DNA of 32,000 nucleotides from Candidatus Electronema aureum (GCA_004284765.1 NQJD01000020.1:1-32000), one strand, 5' to 3'. Positions 1 to 8,548 are shown, numbered from the stretch's first letter. Program-made: numbers and translations. The notes: generated by a model from the sequence alone, not told the origin.

Positions 1-109
1 GCATTAGTCAGGAAGACATTGTCGTTTTCGAGAAGCATTGAAAACTTAACTGCATCTGTTTGGAGATTTATTAATCACTACAACGATTGTATTTTATTTC
101 ATTGATCAC

Positions 110-481
110 TCACAGATCTCTATTACCCAAACATGAGCACTGACACTCGAAGCCTTCTGCATTAATACAAGATGGTGAGCACACCTCTTTTTCTCGATAG
201 GGCTGAAGTATATACACTTCGCCATGTTTATTTAGGATCATTTCAATGAGTTCATTGAAGCGTGACGCTGGAAGTTCCCAGTATCTTCCATCTGTACTCC
301 AAACTGGCTCTTTCTTTCTAGCACCATTCTTGAGCCATGTTCTGTTATTACGACTGTATGGAACCCTGATTCGTATCGGATTAGATCCTCCACGCCTCAA
401 CACAACGGATATTCTTCCGTTGTCCCATATTGATTTGGCTTCTCGAATATCGTCTTCCATTAGATTACCCAACAGTGTCAA
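110..481 (-). CDS. hypothetical protein with Cys-rich C-terminus, in AT-rich left-edge block
   Basis: 123-codon ORF. The codon at 481 is TTG and the first in-frame ATG is at 460. A GGAGGA lies 13 nt upstream of the TTG, too far for a good SD, so the start is uncertain. The C-terminus carries a CSPSC...CQCSC cysteine cluster. No family recognised. It lies in a visibly AT-rich block (1 to about 490). Confidence 0.35.
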   Translation of the reverse strand: MTLLGNLMEDDIREAKSIWDNGRISVVLRRGGSNPIRIRVPYSRNNRTWLKNGARKKEPVWSTDGRYWELPASRFNELIEMILNKHGEVYILQPYREKEVCSPSCINAEGFECQCSCLGNRDL

Positions 482-526
482 TAATTGAGACCCTTCCTCC
501 TACCGCAGCAGCCCGGATTTCATCAG

Positions 527-628
527 CTACCAGTGAATCCCGTAGGCAAGCAGCAGGACAAAGCCGATCAGCACCAGCGGGCTGGTAGCCAGATGCGGGG
601 CAATTTTTTCAAACCAAGCGTAGTTCAT
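527..628 (-). CDS. candidate 33-aa single-pass membrane peptide
   Basis: ATG at 628 is preceded by AAGGAGG with a 6-nt spacer (minus strand reads aaggaggctgcgcATG). The product MNYAWFEKIAPHLATSPLVLIGFVLLLAYGIHW has one hydrophobic helix. It is the 3' part of the 81-aa track ORF 527..772. Confidence 0.35.
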   Translation of the reverse strand: MNYAWFEKIAPHLATSPLVLIGFVLLLAYGIHW

Positions 629-813
629 GCGCAGCCTCCTTGGACGATAATTTTCTGTTCGCAGAAAATTCACATAATGCGGCGGTGCTGTCAAGCGGAA
701 AAATCCTCTTGTCCGCTGCGGTCTCGTGCTATACATTGTCCATATATAACACATTGAGGAGATTTTATGCACACCGGCTCATTTTATGGCCATACGCTTT
801 GCGCGGGAGCAAC

Positions 814-2616
814 ATGAATAAGACAGTCCAGCGCGTCACCCAGCGCATCATCGAGCGCAGCAAATCCAGCCGGGAAAGCTACTTGGCGCGGATGGCAGCA
901 GCCAAGGGCAGCGTCCCTTTCCGCAAGCAATTGTCGTGCAGCAACTTCGCTCACGACCTCGCGGGCTGCCCCTCCTGCCGCCCTGCCTTGCTTGATGAAA
1001 AAACGCCGAACATCGCTATCATTTCCGCCTACAACGACGTAGTCTCCGCGCATCAGCCGTTGGGCCGCTATCCTGCGCTGATCAAGCAGGCTGTGGCTGA
1101 AGCGGGCGGCACGGCCCAGTTCGCAGGCGGCGTGCCAGCCATGTGCGACGGCATCACTCAAGGCGAGCCGGGCATGGACTTGAGCCTGATGAGCCGCGAC
1201 GTGATCGCGCTCGCCACGGTCATCGCTCTGTCGCACAATGTCTTTGACGGCGCGCTGCTGCTCGGCGTTTGTGACAAGATCGTGCCCGGCTTATTGATGG
1301 GCGGATTGCAATACGGCCATCTGCCGATGCTGCTTGTTCCTGCCGGGCCGATGACTTCCGGCATCGGCAACCGCGAGAAGAATCAGGTGCGCGAACGCTT
1401 CGCCAAGGGCGAGGCCACGCACGAAGAGCTGCTGGCCTCGGAGCTGCAAGCCTATCACAGCCCCGGCACCTGCACCTTCTACGGCACGGCCAATTCCAAC
1501 CAGCTGATGGCCGAGATGCTCGGCCTGCACCTGCCCGGCGCGTCCTTTGTCAACGCGGAGACTCCGCTGCGCGATGCGCTGACCAAGGCCGCCGCAACGC
1601 GGATTACCGCCCTCACTCATCTCGGCAAAGAATACACGCCGCTGGCCGAGGTAATCAGTGAGAAGGCGGTGGTCAACGCGATGGTCGGCCTGCTGGCCAC
1701 TGGCGGTTCCACCAATGAGACCATGCACCTTGTGGGGATTGCCAAGGCCGCTGGCATCCTTATCAACTGGGATGATTTCGCCGAGCTGTCGGATGCGGTG
1801 CCGCTCTTGGTGCGCATCTATCCCAACGGCGCGGGCGACATCAATTCCTTCCAGCAGGCAGGCGGCATGGCTCTGCTCATCCGCGAGCTGCTGACGGGCG
1901 GCTTCCTTCACGAGGACGTGCAGACTGTGGCCGGGCCGGGCTTCAGCAGGTATATGGAAGAGCCTGTGCTTGCGGGAGAAGAAGTCGTCTGGCAGGCAGG
2001 GCCGGAGCAGAGCCGCGACATCAGCATCGTCGCCCCGCTTGCCAAGCCTTTTGCCCAAGTGAGCGGCATTAAGGTGCTGTCTGGCAACTTAGGCCGGATG
2101 ATCATGAAGATATCCGCTTTGGCGGATGGAGAGAATACTTGTGTGGAAGCACCAGCTATGGTCTTCAGCAGCCAGCATGAGCTGGAGCAGGCGTTCAAGG
2201 ACGGGCGGATGAACCGCGACTTGGTGGCCGTGCTGCGCTTCCAAGGGCCGCGCGCCAACGGAATGCCGGAGCTGCACAAGCTGATCACCTTCCTTTCTAT
2301 CCTGATGGATCAGGGGCATAAGGTTGGCTTGGTCACGGACGGACGGCTGTCGGGCGCGTCAGGCAAGGTGCCGTTTGCCATTCACTGCACGCCGGAGGCA
2401 CTGGCAGGCGGGCTGATCGCCAAAGTGCAGGACGGCGACCTCATCCGCATGGATGCGCGGAATAATCTGCTTGAGCTGAAAGTCAGTCAAGAGATATTGG
2501 CAGAACGACAACCAGCTTCGCCGCCGCCTGAATCCACTGCGCCGGGTCATGGAATCTTTGCTGCCCTGCGGAGAGTTTTGTCCGGGGCTGAGGAAGGGGC
2601 AAGTGCGATTCTTTAG
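814..2616 (+). CDS. edd: phosphogluconate dehydratase (Entner-Doudoroff), IlvD/Edd family
   Basis: Near-colinear match from memory to E. coli Edd: MNKTVQRVTQRIIERS.., AMCDGITQG, GVCDKIVPGLLMG, PGTCTFYGTANSNQ, LATGGSTNETMHL, VTDGRLSGASGKVP. Start moved to the ATG at 814 (GGGAG SD 6 nt upstream), because the 58 codons upstream in the track ORF have no homology. Confidence 0.9.
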   Translation: MNKTVQRVTQRIIERSKSSRESYLARMAAAKGSVPFRKQLSCSNFAHDLAGCPSCRPALLDEKTPNIAIISAYNDVVSAHQPLGRYPALIKQAVAEAGGTAQFAGGVPAMCDGITQGEPGMDLSLMSRDVIALATVIALSHNVFDGALLLGVCDKIVPGLLMGGLQYGHLPMLLVPAGPMTSGIGNREKNQVRERFAKGEATHEELLASELQAYHSPGTCTFYGTANSNQLMAEMLGLHLPGASFVNAETPLRDALTKAAATRITALTHLGKEYTPLAEVISEKAVVNAMVGLLATGGSTNETMHLVGIAKAAGILINWDDFAELSDAVPLLVRIYPNGAGDINSFQQAGGMALLIRELLTGGFLHEDVQTVAGPGFSRYMEEPVLAGEEVVWQAGPEQSRDISIVAPLAKPFAQVSGIKVLSGNLGRMIMKISALADGENTCVEAPAMVFSSQHELEQAFKDGRMNRDLVAVLRFQGPRANGMPELHKLITFLSILMDQGHKVGLVTDGRLSGASGKVPFAIHCTPEALAGGLIAKVQDGDLIRMDARNNLLELKVSQEILAERQPASPPPESTAPGHGIFAALRRVLSGAEEGASAIL

Positions 2617-2634
2617 CACATGGAAGGAGAGAAA

Positions 2635-3603
2635 TCAACTGAGGTAGCGGTGGTATGTTAGCGGCAATATGTGTTCGCCTGCCGCTACTGTGCAGTTGTG
2701 TAATACGCTGTGCGCCCCGATCAGCGCACCAACCCCGATTTCGCATCGTCCGCTGATCTGTACTCCGGCGTGAATGATCGTATCTTGGCCGATGCTGCTT
2801 TCCGGCGAAACCAGCACCGTTTCCGGCGAATAAATAGTCACGCCTGCAAGCATCAGCTCTCGGTTACGGCGCATTTGCAGCTCGGTGTGCGCCTGCGCCA
2901 ACTCGACCCCCGAATTCACGCCCAGCACATCTATGGCTGGATTGTGAACGAATTTACCCACGCGACAACCTTGTTGGACTGCAATCCCGACGATATCAGT
3001 TAGATAGACCTCGCCTTGGCTGTTGTTGGTGCCTACTTGCCGCAGGGCCGAGAAGAGAAAGTCCGCCTCAGCTAAATAAATCCCAGCGTTGATCTCTCGA
3101 ATAGCCCGCTGCGTCTCATCTGCTTCTTTTTGCTCAACAATGCGCAGAACGTGACCGCTCGCATTGCTGATAATTCTGCCGTAGCCAAAGGGATTGTCTA
3201 ATTCGGTGGTCATCAGGGTAAGCGTGGCGGCTTGTTCCTGATGCTGCCGAATCATAGCCTGTAAGGTTTCCGGGCGGATGAGCGGGGTGTCGCCGCAGAG
3301 AATCATAATCAGTTCAGCAGAATGGCAAGCTGGCTCGGCACAGAGTACCGCATGGCCGGTACCGAGCTGTTCCTCCTGAATCACCGGAGTGATACGATAT
3401 GCTTTCAGTGAAGCAAGCACTTGCTTCCGTTGATGGCCAACAATCACGGCAGGTTGCTCAATTCCCGTGGCTGCAACTGTATCCAAAACATGGTGCAGCA
3501 TAGGTTTGAAGAACAGCTCGTGCAGAACCTTGGCCTTGGCCGATTTCATCCGTGTGCCTTTGCCTGCGGCAAGGATGATGGCAGAGATATTAGGAGTATT
3601 CAT
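2635..3603 (-). CDS. glmU: GlmU-like sugar-1-phosphate nucleotidyltransferase, short form lacking most of the acetyltransferase left-handed beta-helix
   Basis: N-terminus has AIILAAGKGTRMKS (the LAAGxGTRM pyrophosphorylase signature), QLGTGHAV, CGDTPLI, GYGRI. Only about 60 aa of hexapeptide-repeat region follow before the stop. Full-length GlmU is roughly 130 aa longer. No continuation in other frames, since the edd 3' end starts 18 bp away. Confidence 0.75.
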   Translation of the reverse strand: MNTPNISAIILAAGKGTRMKSAKAKVLHELFFKPMLHHVLDTVAATGIEQPAVIVGHQRKQVLASLKAYRITPVIQEEQLGTGHAVLCAEPACHSAELIMILCGDTPLIRPETLQAMIRQHQEQAATLTLMTTELDNPFGYGRIISNASGHVLRIVEQKEADETQRAIREINAGIYLAEADFLFSALRQVGTNNSQGEVYLTDIVGIAVQQGCRVGKFVHNPAIDVLGVNSGVELAQAHTELQMRRNRELMLAGVTIYSPETVLVSPESSIGQDTIIHAGVQISGRCEIGVGALIGAHSVLHNCTVAAGEHILPLTYHRYLS

Positions 3604-3660
3604 GAAGGATTAAGTGACGGCTTTAATTCTTTGTTATTTGATTAATAATGCTGTCTATGC

Positions 3661-5352
3661 TCACAGCATCTCCTTCGCTTTCTCAATGCCCTCAGCCAAG
3701 GTACGCGAGAACTCTACCTTGCCAATTTTCTTCCGCAGCCCAGCCTTGCGCAGCTTGAGAAGCATCCGGGGTTCTAAGTGGTTAATCACTAAGCCCACCC
3801 CATTCTTCTCTAAATTGCCACTGATGGATTCCATTGCCACTATTGCGCTCATGTCGATCATATTCACCTTGGTCATGTCGAGAATCACCACGCGCACATC
3901 CGGGCTGACCGAGGTGATGTTCTTCATCGACTTCTGAGCCGAGCCGAAGAAGAGCGGCCCGTTGATATCGTAGATGGAAATTGCTGAAGGCAGCTCGCCG
4001 TAGCCATGATCGCGGCTTTCTAACTTGGTGGCGGTGGTCAGACTAATGCTTCGTTGAATAAAGAGGATAGCGGCCAAGCTCATACCCACGCCTACGGCAA
4101 GTGCCATGTCAAACAGCACCGTCAGCGAAAAGCAGATCAGCAACACAGCGATATCACTGCGAGGCGCAATCCTGAGTGTACGAATGAAGTGCTTGGCCTC
4201 GCTCATATTCCACGCGACGATAAACAGCAAGGCTGCCATGGAAGCCATCGGAATGTAGGATAGCAGCGGCGTGATCAGCAGAATCGACAGCAGGATGAAC
4301 AAACTGTGAATAATCGAGGCAACTGGAGTCCGTCCGCCTGCCTTAATGTTAGTTGCTGTTCGAGCAATGGCAGCCGTGGCAGGGATGCCGCCGAAGAAGG
4401 GTGCGATAATATTGCCGATGCCTTGGCCGATCAGCTCGTCGTTGGAATCATGCTTGGTGCCGCTCAAACCATCGGCAATCACCGAGCAGAGCAGCGAAGT
4501 GATCGCGGCCAGCACAGCAATCGCAATGGCAGACGGGAACAAGGTCTGAATCATCTGCCAGCTCAGGCCGACCGGACTGCCGTCTGCGCCGGGCAGATTC
4601 CAAGGCCAGTTCACGTTAGGCAGGACAGGTGGGATGCCGTTGCCAGTGATACCGTTCAAGTCGTAATGAAAGCGACTACCGATAGTGGCGGCGGCAAATT
4701 CTGGGCTGATTCTGCTGCCTGCCCACGCTGCGAATGAGCCGAGCAGCACTGCCACCAAATGTCCCGGCACTTTCGAGCGGAGCTTCGGCCAGAGGATCAG
4801 CACGATCAATGTTAGCATACCAATCAAGAAATCTGCAAGGGTAGCAGTTGGCACAGCGCGAAGGATTGCGCCTACTTGCTCTAAATAATGCCCTTCTACC
4901 GCCTCCACGCTGAGACCAAAGAAGTCTTTGATCTGGAAGGTAGCAATGATCACCGCAATACCAGAGGTAAAGCCAACCGTGACCGGATACGGTACCACTT
5001 CAATCAGCTTGCCGAGCTTGGCTATCCCCATGATGATGAGAATCACGCCTGCCATCATCCCGCTCACTAACAGCCCACCAATGCCGAATTTTTGAACAAT
5101 GGGCAGTAGCACAACCACAAAGGCAGCAGTGGGGCCAGAAATATTGATGGTCGAACCGCCGCTGAGGGATATAACGATACCAGCAACCAAGGCCGTGTAG
5201 AGACCATGCTGCGGGGCAACACCGCTGGCAATGGCAAAGGCCATCGACAGGGGCAGGGCGATGATGCCGATGGTCAGTCCAGATAAGATATCAGCCTGAA
5301 GGGTAGAGAAGGAAGGCTTTGCTTTGACAGTTTGCGTGAGAGCGGAAAACAT
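3661..5352 (-). CDS. SulP-family anion permease with C-terminal STAS domain
   Basis: 563 aa and polytopic. The N-terminus LQADILSGLTIGIIALPLSMAFAIASGV is typical of SulP. The C-terminus has a STAS-like segment (YDINGPLFFGSAQK...VVILDMTKVNMIDMSA). AAGGA SD lies 7 nt upstream of the ATG at 5352. Confidence 0.85.
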   Translation of the reverse strand: MFSALTQTVKAKPSFSTLQADILSGLTIGIIALPLSMAFAIASGVAPQHGLYTALVAGIVISLSGGSTINISGPTAAFVVVLLPIVQKFGIGGLLVSGMMAGVILIIMGIAKLGKLIEVVPYPVTVGFTSGIAVIIATFQIKDFFGLSVEAVEGHYLEQVGAILRAVPTATLADFLIGMLTLIVLILWPKLRSKVPGHLVAVLLGSFAAWAGSRISPEFAAATIGSRFHYDLNGITGNGIPPVLPNVNWPWNLPGADGSPVGLSWQMIQTLFPSAIAIAVLAAITSLLCSVIADGLSGTKHDSNDELIGQGIGNIIAPFFGGIPATAAIARTATNIKAGGRTPVASIIHSLFILLSILLITPLLSYIPMASMAALLFIVAWNMSEAKHFIRTLRIAPRSDIAVLLICFSLTVLFDMALAVGVGMSLAAILFIQRSISLTTATKLESRDHGYGELPSAISIYDINGPLFFGSAQKSMKNITSVSPDVRVVILDMTKVNMIDMSAIVAMESISGNLEKNGVGLVINHLEPRMLLKLRKAGLRKKIGKVEFSRTLAEGIEKAKEML

Positions 5353-5441
5353 GTGGTATCCTTGTGCGATGTTGCGGTGATGAATGCGCGGCAGTCTGAC
5401 CTGTCGGAATACTCCGACATGGCAGGAAAAGGAGAAAAGAA

Positions 5442-5450
5442 TGCTATAAT
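5442..5450 (+). promoter_or_regulatory. candidate extended -10 promoter (TGcTATAAT) for lysC
   Basis: Exact TATAAT at 5445..5450 with TG two bases upstream and no good -35. It would give a leader of about 260 nt before lysC. It sits inside the palindrome GCTATAATAGC. Confidence 0.3.
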
Positions 5451-5715
5451 AGCGCGGCCCATGATACAGGAAAATGAACCTGTAAAGTGAATTGTGAAGA
5501 GAGAAGTAACTTTCAAGAGTGCTGCTTCAGCACAGCACGAATTGCGCTTGCAAAATTGCCCTGCCGCCTTTAAAGTAGTCCCCTTTTGGGGAACTTTGAC
5601 AACCGCAACCGAATGAATGCCTCCACCTGTTCTTTCAAGAGGTTGCGGAATGTTCTCGTGGAGAGAATAGCTGCCCCTCCGCGTTCTCCTCTAACCTCAA
5701 CCAACCGGAACAGCT

Positions 5716-6951
5716 ATGGCACTGATCGTGCAGAAATTCGGCGGAACCTCGGTGGGTTCCACGGAAAAGATAAAGAATGTGGCCAAGCGAGTGCTGCGGT
5801 ATCAGCAGCAAGGCCACCAAATGGTGGTGGTGCTGTCTGCCATGTCTGGTCAGACCGACAAACTGCTGGGTTTCGCGGCGGATATGCAGCGACTGCCTGA
5901 CCTCCGCGAGACCGACATGCTCTTAGCCACCGGCGAGCAGATCACTATTGCCCTCTTGGCAATGGCGATCAAGGAAGCAGGCAGTGATGCTGTCTCGTTG
6001 CTTGGCGATCAGGTGCGGATTATCACGGATGCTATGCACACCAAGGCCCGCATTCGTGAGATCGAGACCGAGCTGATCAAGAAGCACCTTGACGCAGGCC
6101 GGGTGGTGGTCGTGGCAGGCTTCCAAGGTGTAACGACCGAGGGCGACCTCACCACGCTTGGCCGGGGTGGTTCAGATACCACTGCCGTTGCTCTCGCTGC
6201 CGCGCTCAAGGCAGACAGCTGCGAGATTTACACCGATGTTGAGGGAGTGTACACCACCGACCCCAACATCTGCGCTGAGGCGCGCAAGATTGACATGATC
6301 ACCTACGACGAAATGCTGGAATTAGCCAGCCTCGGAGCCAAGGTATTAGAAATCCGCTCAGTGGGTTTAGCCAAACGCTACAAGGTTCCACTGCATGTTC
6401 GTTCAACCTTTTCAGAAAACGAAGGCACTTGGGTTGTCGAGGAGGATAGACTTATGGAGTCCATGCTGGTCTCAGGTATTACCTACAGCAGAAAGGAAGC
6501 GCGTATCACCATCAGAAATGTACCTGATCAACCGGGTGTTGCTTCTAAGATATTCCTGCCGATCTCCAATGCAGGTGTTCTGGTTGATATGATCATCCAG
6601 AATACGCGGGAAGGGCAGATGACTGACATCACCTTTACCGTGCTGCGGGCTGATTATCTGCGGACGATGGAGATTCTGAAGGAGACGGTCAAGGATATCG
6701 GCGCAGAGTCAGTGAACGGCGACGAGTCTATTGCCAAGGTATCCATTGTTGGCGTGGGAATGCGCAATCATTCTGGTATCGCCACTACCATGTTTCAGGT
6801 GATGGCGCATGAGGGCATCAACATCATGATGATCTCTACCTCAGAGATCAAGGTTTCTTGTATCATTGCTGAGAAATACACCGAGCTGGCTGTGCGCACT
6901 CTGCACACAGCCTTTGCCTTGGACAAAAGCAAGCAGCCTGTGGAAGAGTAG
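5716..6951 (+). CDS. lysC: aspartate kinase (monofunctional, two C-terminal ACT domains)
   Basis: MALIVQKFGGTSVGS..VVVLSAMSGQTDKLL, GRGGSDTTAVALAAAL, YTDVEGVYTTDP. The C-terminal ACT-like repeats include AKVSIVGVGM. Confidence 0.92.
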   Translation: MALIVQKFGGTSVGSTEKIKNVAKRVLRYQQQGHQMVVVLSAMSGQTDKLLGFAADMQRLPDLRETDMLLATGEQITIALLAMAIKEAGSDAVSLLGDQVRIITDAMHTKARIREIETELIKKHLDAGRVVVVAGFQGVTTEGDLTTLGRGGSDTTAVALAAALKADSCEIYTDVEGVYTTDPNICAEARKIDMITYDEMLELASLGAKVLEIRSVGLAKRYKVPLHVRSTFSENEGTWVVEEDRLMESMLVSGITYSRKEARITIRNVPDQPGVASKIFLPISNAGVLVDMIIQNTREGQMTDITFTVLRADYLRTMEILKETVKDIGAESVNGDESIAKVSIVGVGMRNHSGIATTMFQVMAHEGINIMMISTSEIKVSCIIAEKYTELAVRTLHTAFALDKSKQPVEE

Positions 6952-6962
6952 TTGCAGCGCAT

Positions 6963-6986
6963 AAGGGCGGTTCAGGAACCGCCCTT
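6963..6986. terminator. bidirectional stem-loop between convergent lysC and lysA
   Basis: AAGGGCGGTT-cagg-AACCGCCCTT is a perfect 10-bp stem with a 4-nt loop. It lies 12 nt after the lysC stop and 27 nt after the lysA stop. The flanking U-tract is weak (gcttcctcttt). Confidence 0.6.
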
Positions 6987-7012
6987 GCTTCCTCTTTCAG
7001 ACCAACCCCGCA

Positions 7013-8275
7013 TCAACACAGCCCGCTCACTGCCTCTCCCCGCACCAGATCATCATAGCACTCGCGCTGACGGATCACCTCAAAGCTGCTGCCGCTCACC
7101 AGCACTTCCGCCACTCTGGGCCGGGAGTTGTAGGTGGAGGACATGGAGAAGCCATAGGCCCCGCTGCTCATCACCGCTAAGAGTTCGCCCGCCTGCACCT
7201 CCGGCATCAGTCTGTCCTTAGCGAGGAAGTCGCCGCTCTCACAGATTGGGCCGACCACATCTGCCTGCTGCTTCTCTGCCGCCGCTGTTTCGCGCACCGG
7301 CAGTATCTCGTGGAACGCACCGTACAACGAAGGCCGCGCCAAGTCGTTCATGGCCGCATCAACCACAATGAACCGCTTCTCGCTGCCGCTGTTGCGCTTG
7401 GTGTATTGCACCTCGGTGACAAGTATGCCTGCATTGCCCACCAGCACCCGGCCAGGCTCCAGAATTAGGGTGCAGTCCATGCCTGCCAGTTCGGCCCGCA
7501 CTGCCGCCGCGTAATCAATCGGATGCGGCGGCTGCTCGTCGTCGTAGGGAATGCCGATGCCGCCGCCCATGTCCACGTATTTGATCTGAATGCCTTCCTG
7601 ATTGAGCTTGGCGATGAAGGCTTTCACCTTGCGCAGGGCCTCAATGAACGGCTCAATCTGGGTGAGCTGCGAGCCGATGTGGCAGCTCACACCGACGATC
7701 TCGATATGCGCCATCGTCTTGGCCCGCAGATACTCCTGCAAGGCCTCAGTCACCGGGATGCCGAACTTGTTCTTCGCCAGGCCGGTGGAGATGTAGGCGT
7801 GCGTCTTCGGGTCAACGTCCGGGTTGATGCGGAAGGCGATGCGGGCGCGGGTCTTCAGCTCCGCCGCGACCTCGTTCAGCCGGTCTAACTCCTGCGGCGA
7901 CTCGACATTGAACATCAGGATGCCCGCCTGCAAGGCCTCAGCCAGCTCGCGGCGGCTCTTGCCTACGCCAGAGTAGATGATCCGCTGCGGCTCAACCCCG
8001 GCCTTGAGCGCCCGGAACAGCTCGCCGCCGGAGACTATGTCTGCGCCGCCGCCCAGCTTGGCGAAGAGGTTGAGAATGGCGATGTTCGAGCAGGCCTTGA
8101 CCGCAAAGCAGGTCTGGTGGGCCATGCCCGCAAAGCCGGACTCGAAGGCGGTGAAATGCCGCCTGAGGGTGGCGGAGCTGTAGAGGTAGAAAGGGGTGCC
8201 GACCTGCGCGGCAATGTCCTTAATCCGCACGTCCTCGCAGCAGAGTTCGCCGTTCTGATAGGTGAAGTGGTTCAT
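7013..8275 (-). CDS. lysA: diaminopimelate decarboxylase
   Basis: Typical LysA: FYLYS, CFAVKACSN (PLP lysine), HIGSQ, DMGGGIGI, EPGR, CESGD, SSGAYG. Start moved to the ATG at 8275 (MNHFTYQNGEL..). The 44 upstream codons of the track ORF run through repeat DNA. Confidence 0.92.
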   Translation of the reverse strand: MNHFTYQNGELCCEDVRIKDIAAQVGTPFYLYSSATLRRHFTAFESGFAGMAHQTCFAVKACSNIAILNLFAKLGGGADIVSGGELFRALKAGVEPQRIIYSGVGKSRRELAEALQAGILMFNVESPQELDRLNEVAAELKTRARIAFRINPDVDPKTHAYISTGLAKNKFGIPVTEALQEYLRAKTMAHIEIVGVSCHIGSQLTQIEPFIEALRKVKAFIAKLNQEGIQIKYVDMGGGIGIPYDDEQPPHPIDYAAAVRAELAGMDCTLILEPGRVLVGNAGILVTEVQYTKRNSGSEKRFIVVDAAMNDLARPSLYGAFHEILPVRETAAAEKQQADVVGPICESGDFLAKDRLMPEVQAGELLAVMSSGAYGFSMSSTYNSRPRVAEVLVSGSSFEVIRQRECYDDLVRGEAVSGLC

Positions 8276-8315
8276 GTTGTTCCAATGTATGAAGAATATT
8301 GACAGGCGCGGTGTG

Positions 8316-8522
8316 CTGCCCGATGGACTGCGGCTGCCGCGCTGCCCGCGCCAGAGTGCAAAGATTGGTTGCACCAGAGTACAACGGTGGATACTTCTCT
8401 CGTGCAACGGAGGCTACTTCGAGAGTACAACGGATCGTTTCACGAGAGTGCAATGGCTGCTTTCACTCTCGTGCAAGTTGCGGGCGGACTATCCTTGCCG
8501 CGCTGCCCGCAGCGGAGTGAGG
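8316..8522. repeat. phase-locked 23-nt tandem array (six clear units at 8339..8476 plus degenerate flanking units; 161-bp higher-order period)
   Basis: Plus-strand units each end in GTRCAA at 8361, 8384, 8407, 8430, 8453 and 8476. Their cores are ccagagtgcaa / ccagagtacaa / ctctcgtgcaa / cgagagtacaa / cgagagtgcaa / ctctcgtgcaa. GGACT-N5-TGCCGCGCTGCCCGC occurs at 8325..8349 and 8486..8510, exactly 7 x 23 = 161 bp apart. Confidence 0.85.
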
Positions 8523-8548
8523 CCGAACGCCCCTGCGCCGTCCCGCCA

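Noticed and set aside
640-813. N-terminal extensions in the ORF track (edd from 640, lysA to 8407, argG to 14745, argF to 17130, transglutaminase-like gene to 22388, M23 from 27863, pilT from 29758)
   Set aside because: Homology-bearing sequence begins at internal ATGs (814, 8275, 14652, 17007, 22253, 27980, 29833). The extensions run through intergenic or repeat DNA and mostly start at TTG codons without an SD.
5457-5715. Lysine riboswitch (L-box) upstream of lysC; also considered for the lysA leader at 8276..8623
   Set aside because: Only short fragments resemble L-box strings (AGTAAC, GGAGAG). The conserved GAGGCGC, GCCGAAG and ACTGTCA elements are absent, so it is not called. A covariance-model scan would be decisive.
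8355-8384. Sigma-54 promoter-like string on the minus strand (cTGGtgcaaccaatctTTGCAc) in the lysA leader
   Set aside because: The GG-to-GC spacing is 15 nt instead of the 11 nt of the TGGCAC-N5-TTGCW consensus. The resemblance comes from the TTGCAC repeat ends.
8339-8476. CRISPR array interpretation of the 23-nt units (and of the 21-bp units at 18931..19186)
   Set aside because: The units are contiguous with no unique spacers between them, are shorter than typical CRISPR repeats, and no cas genes are present in the window.
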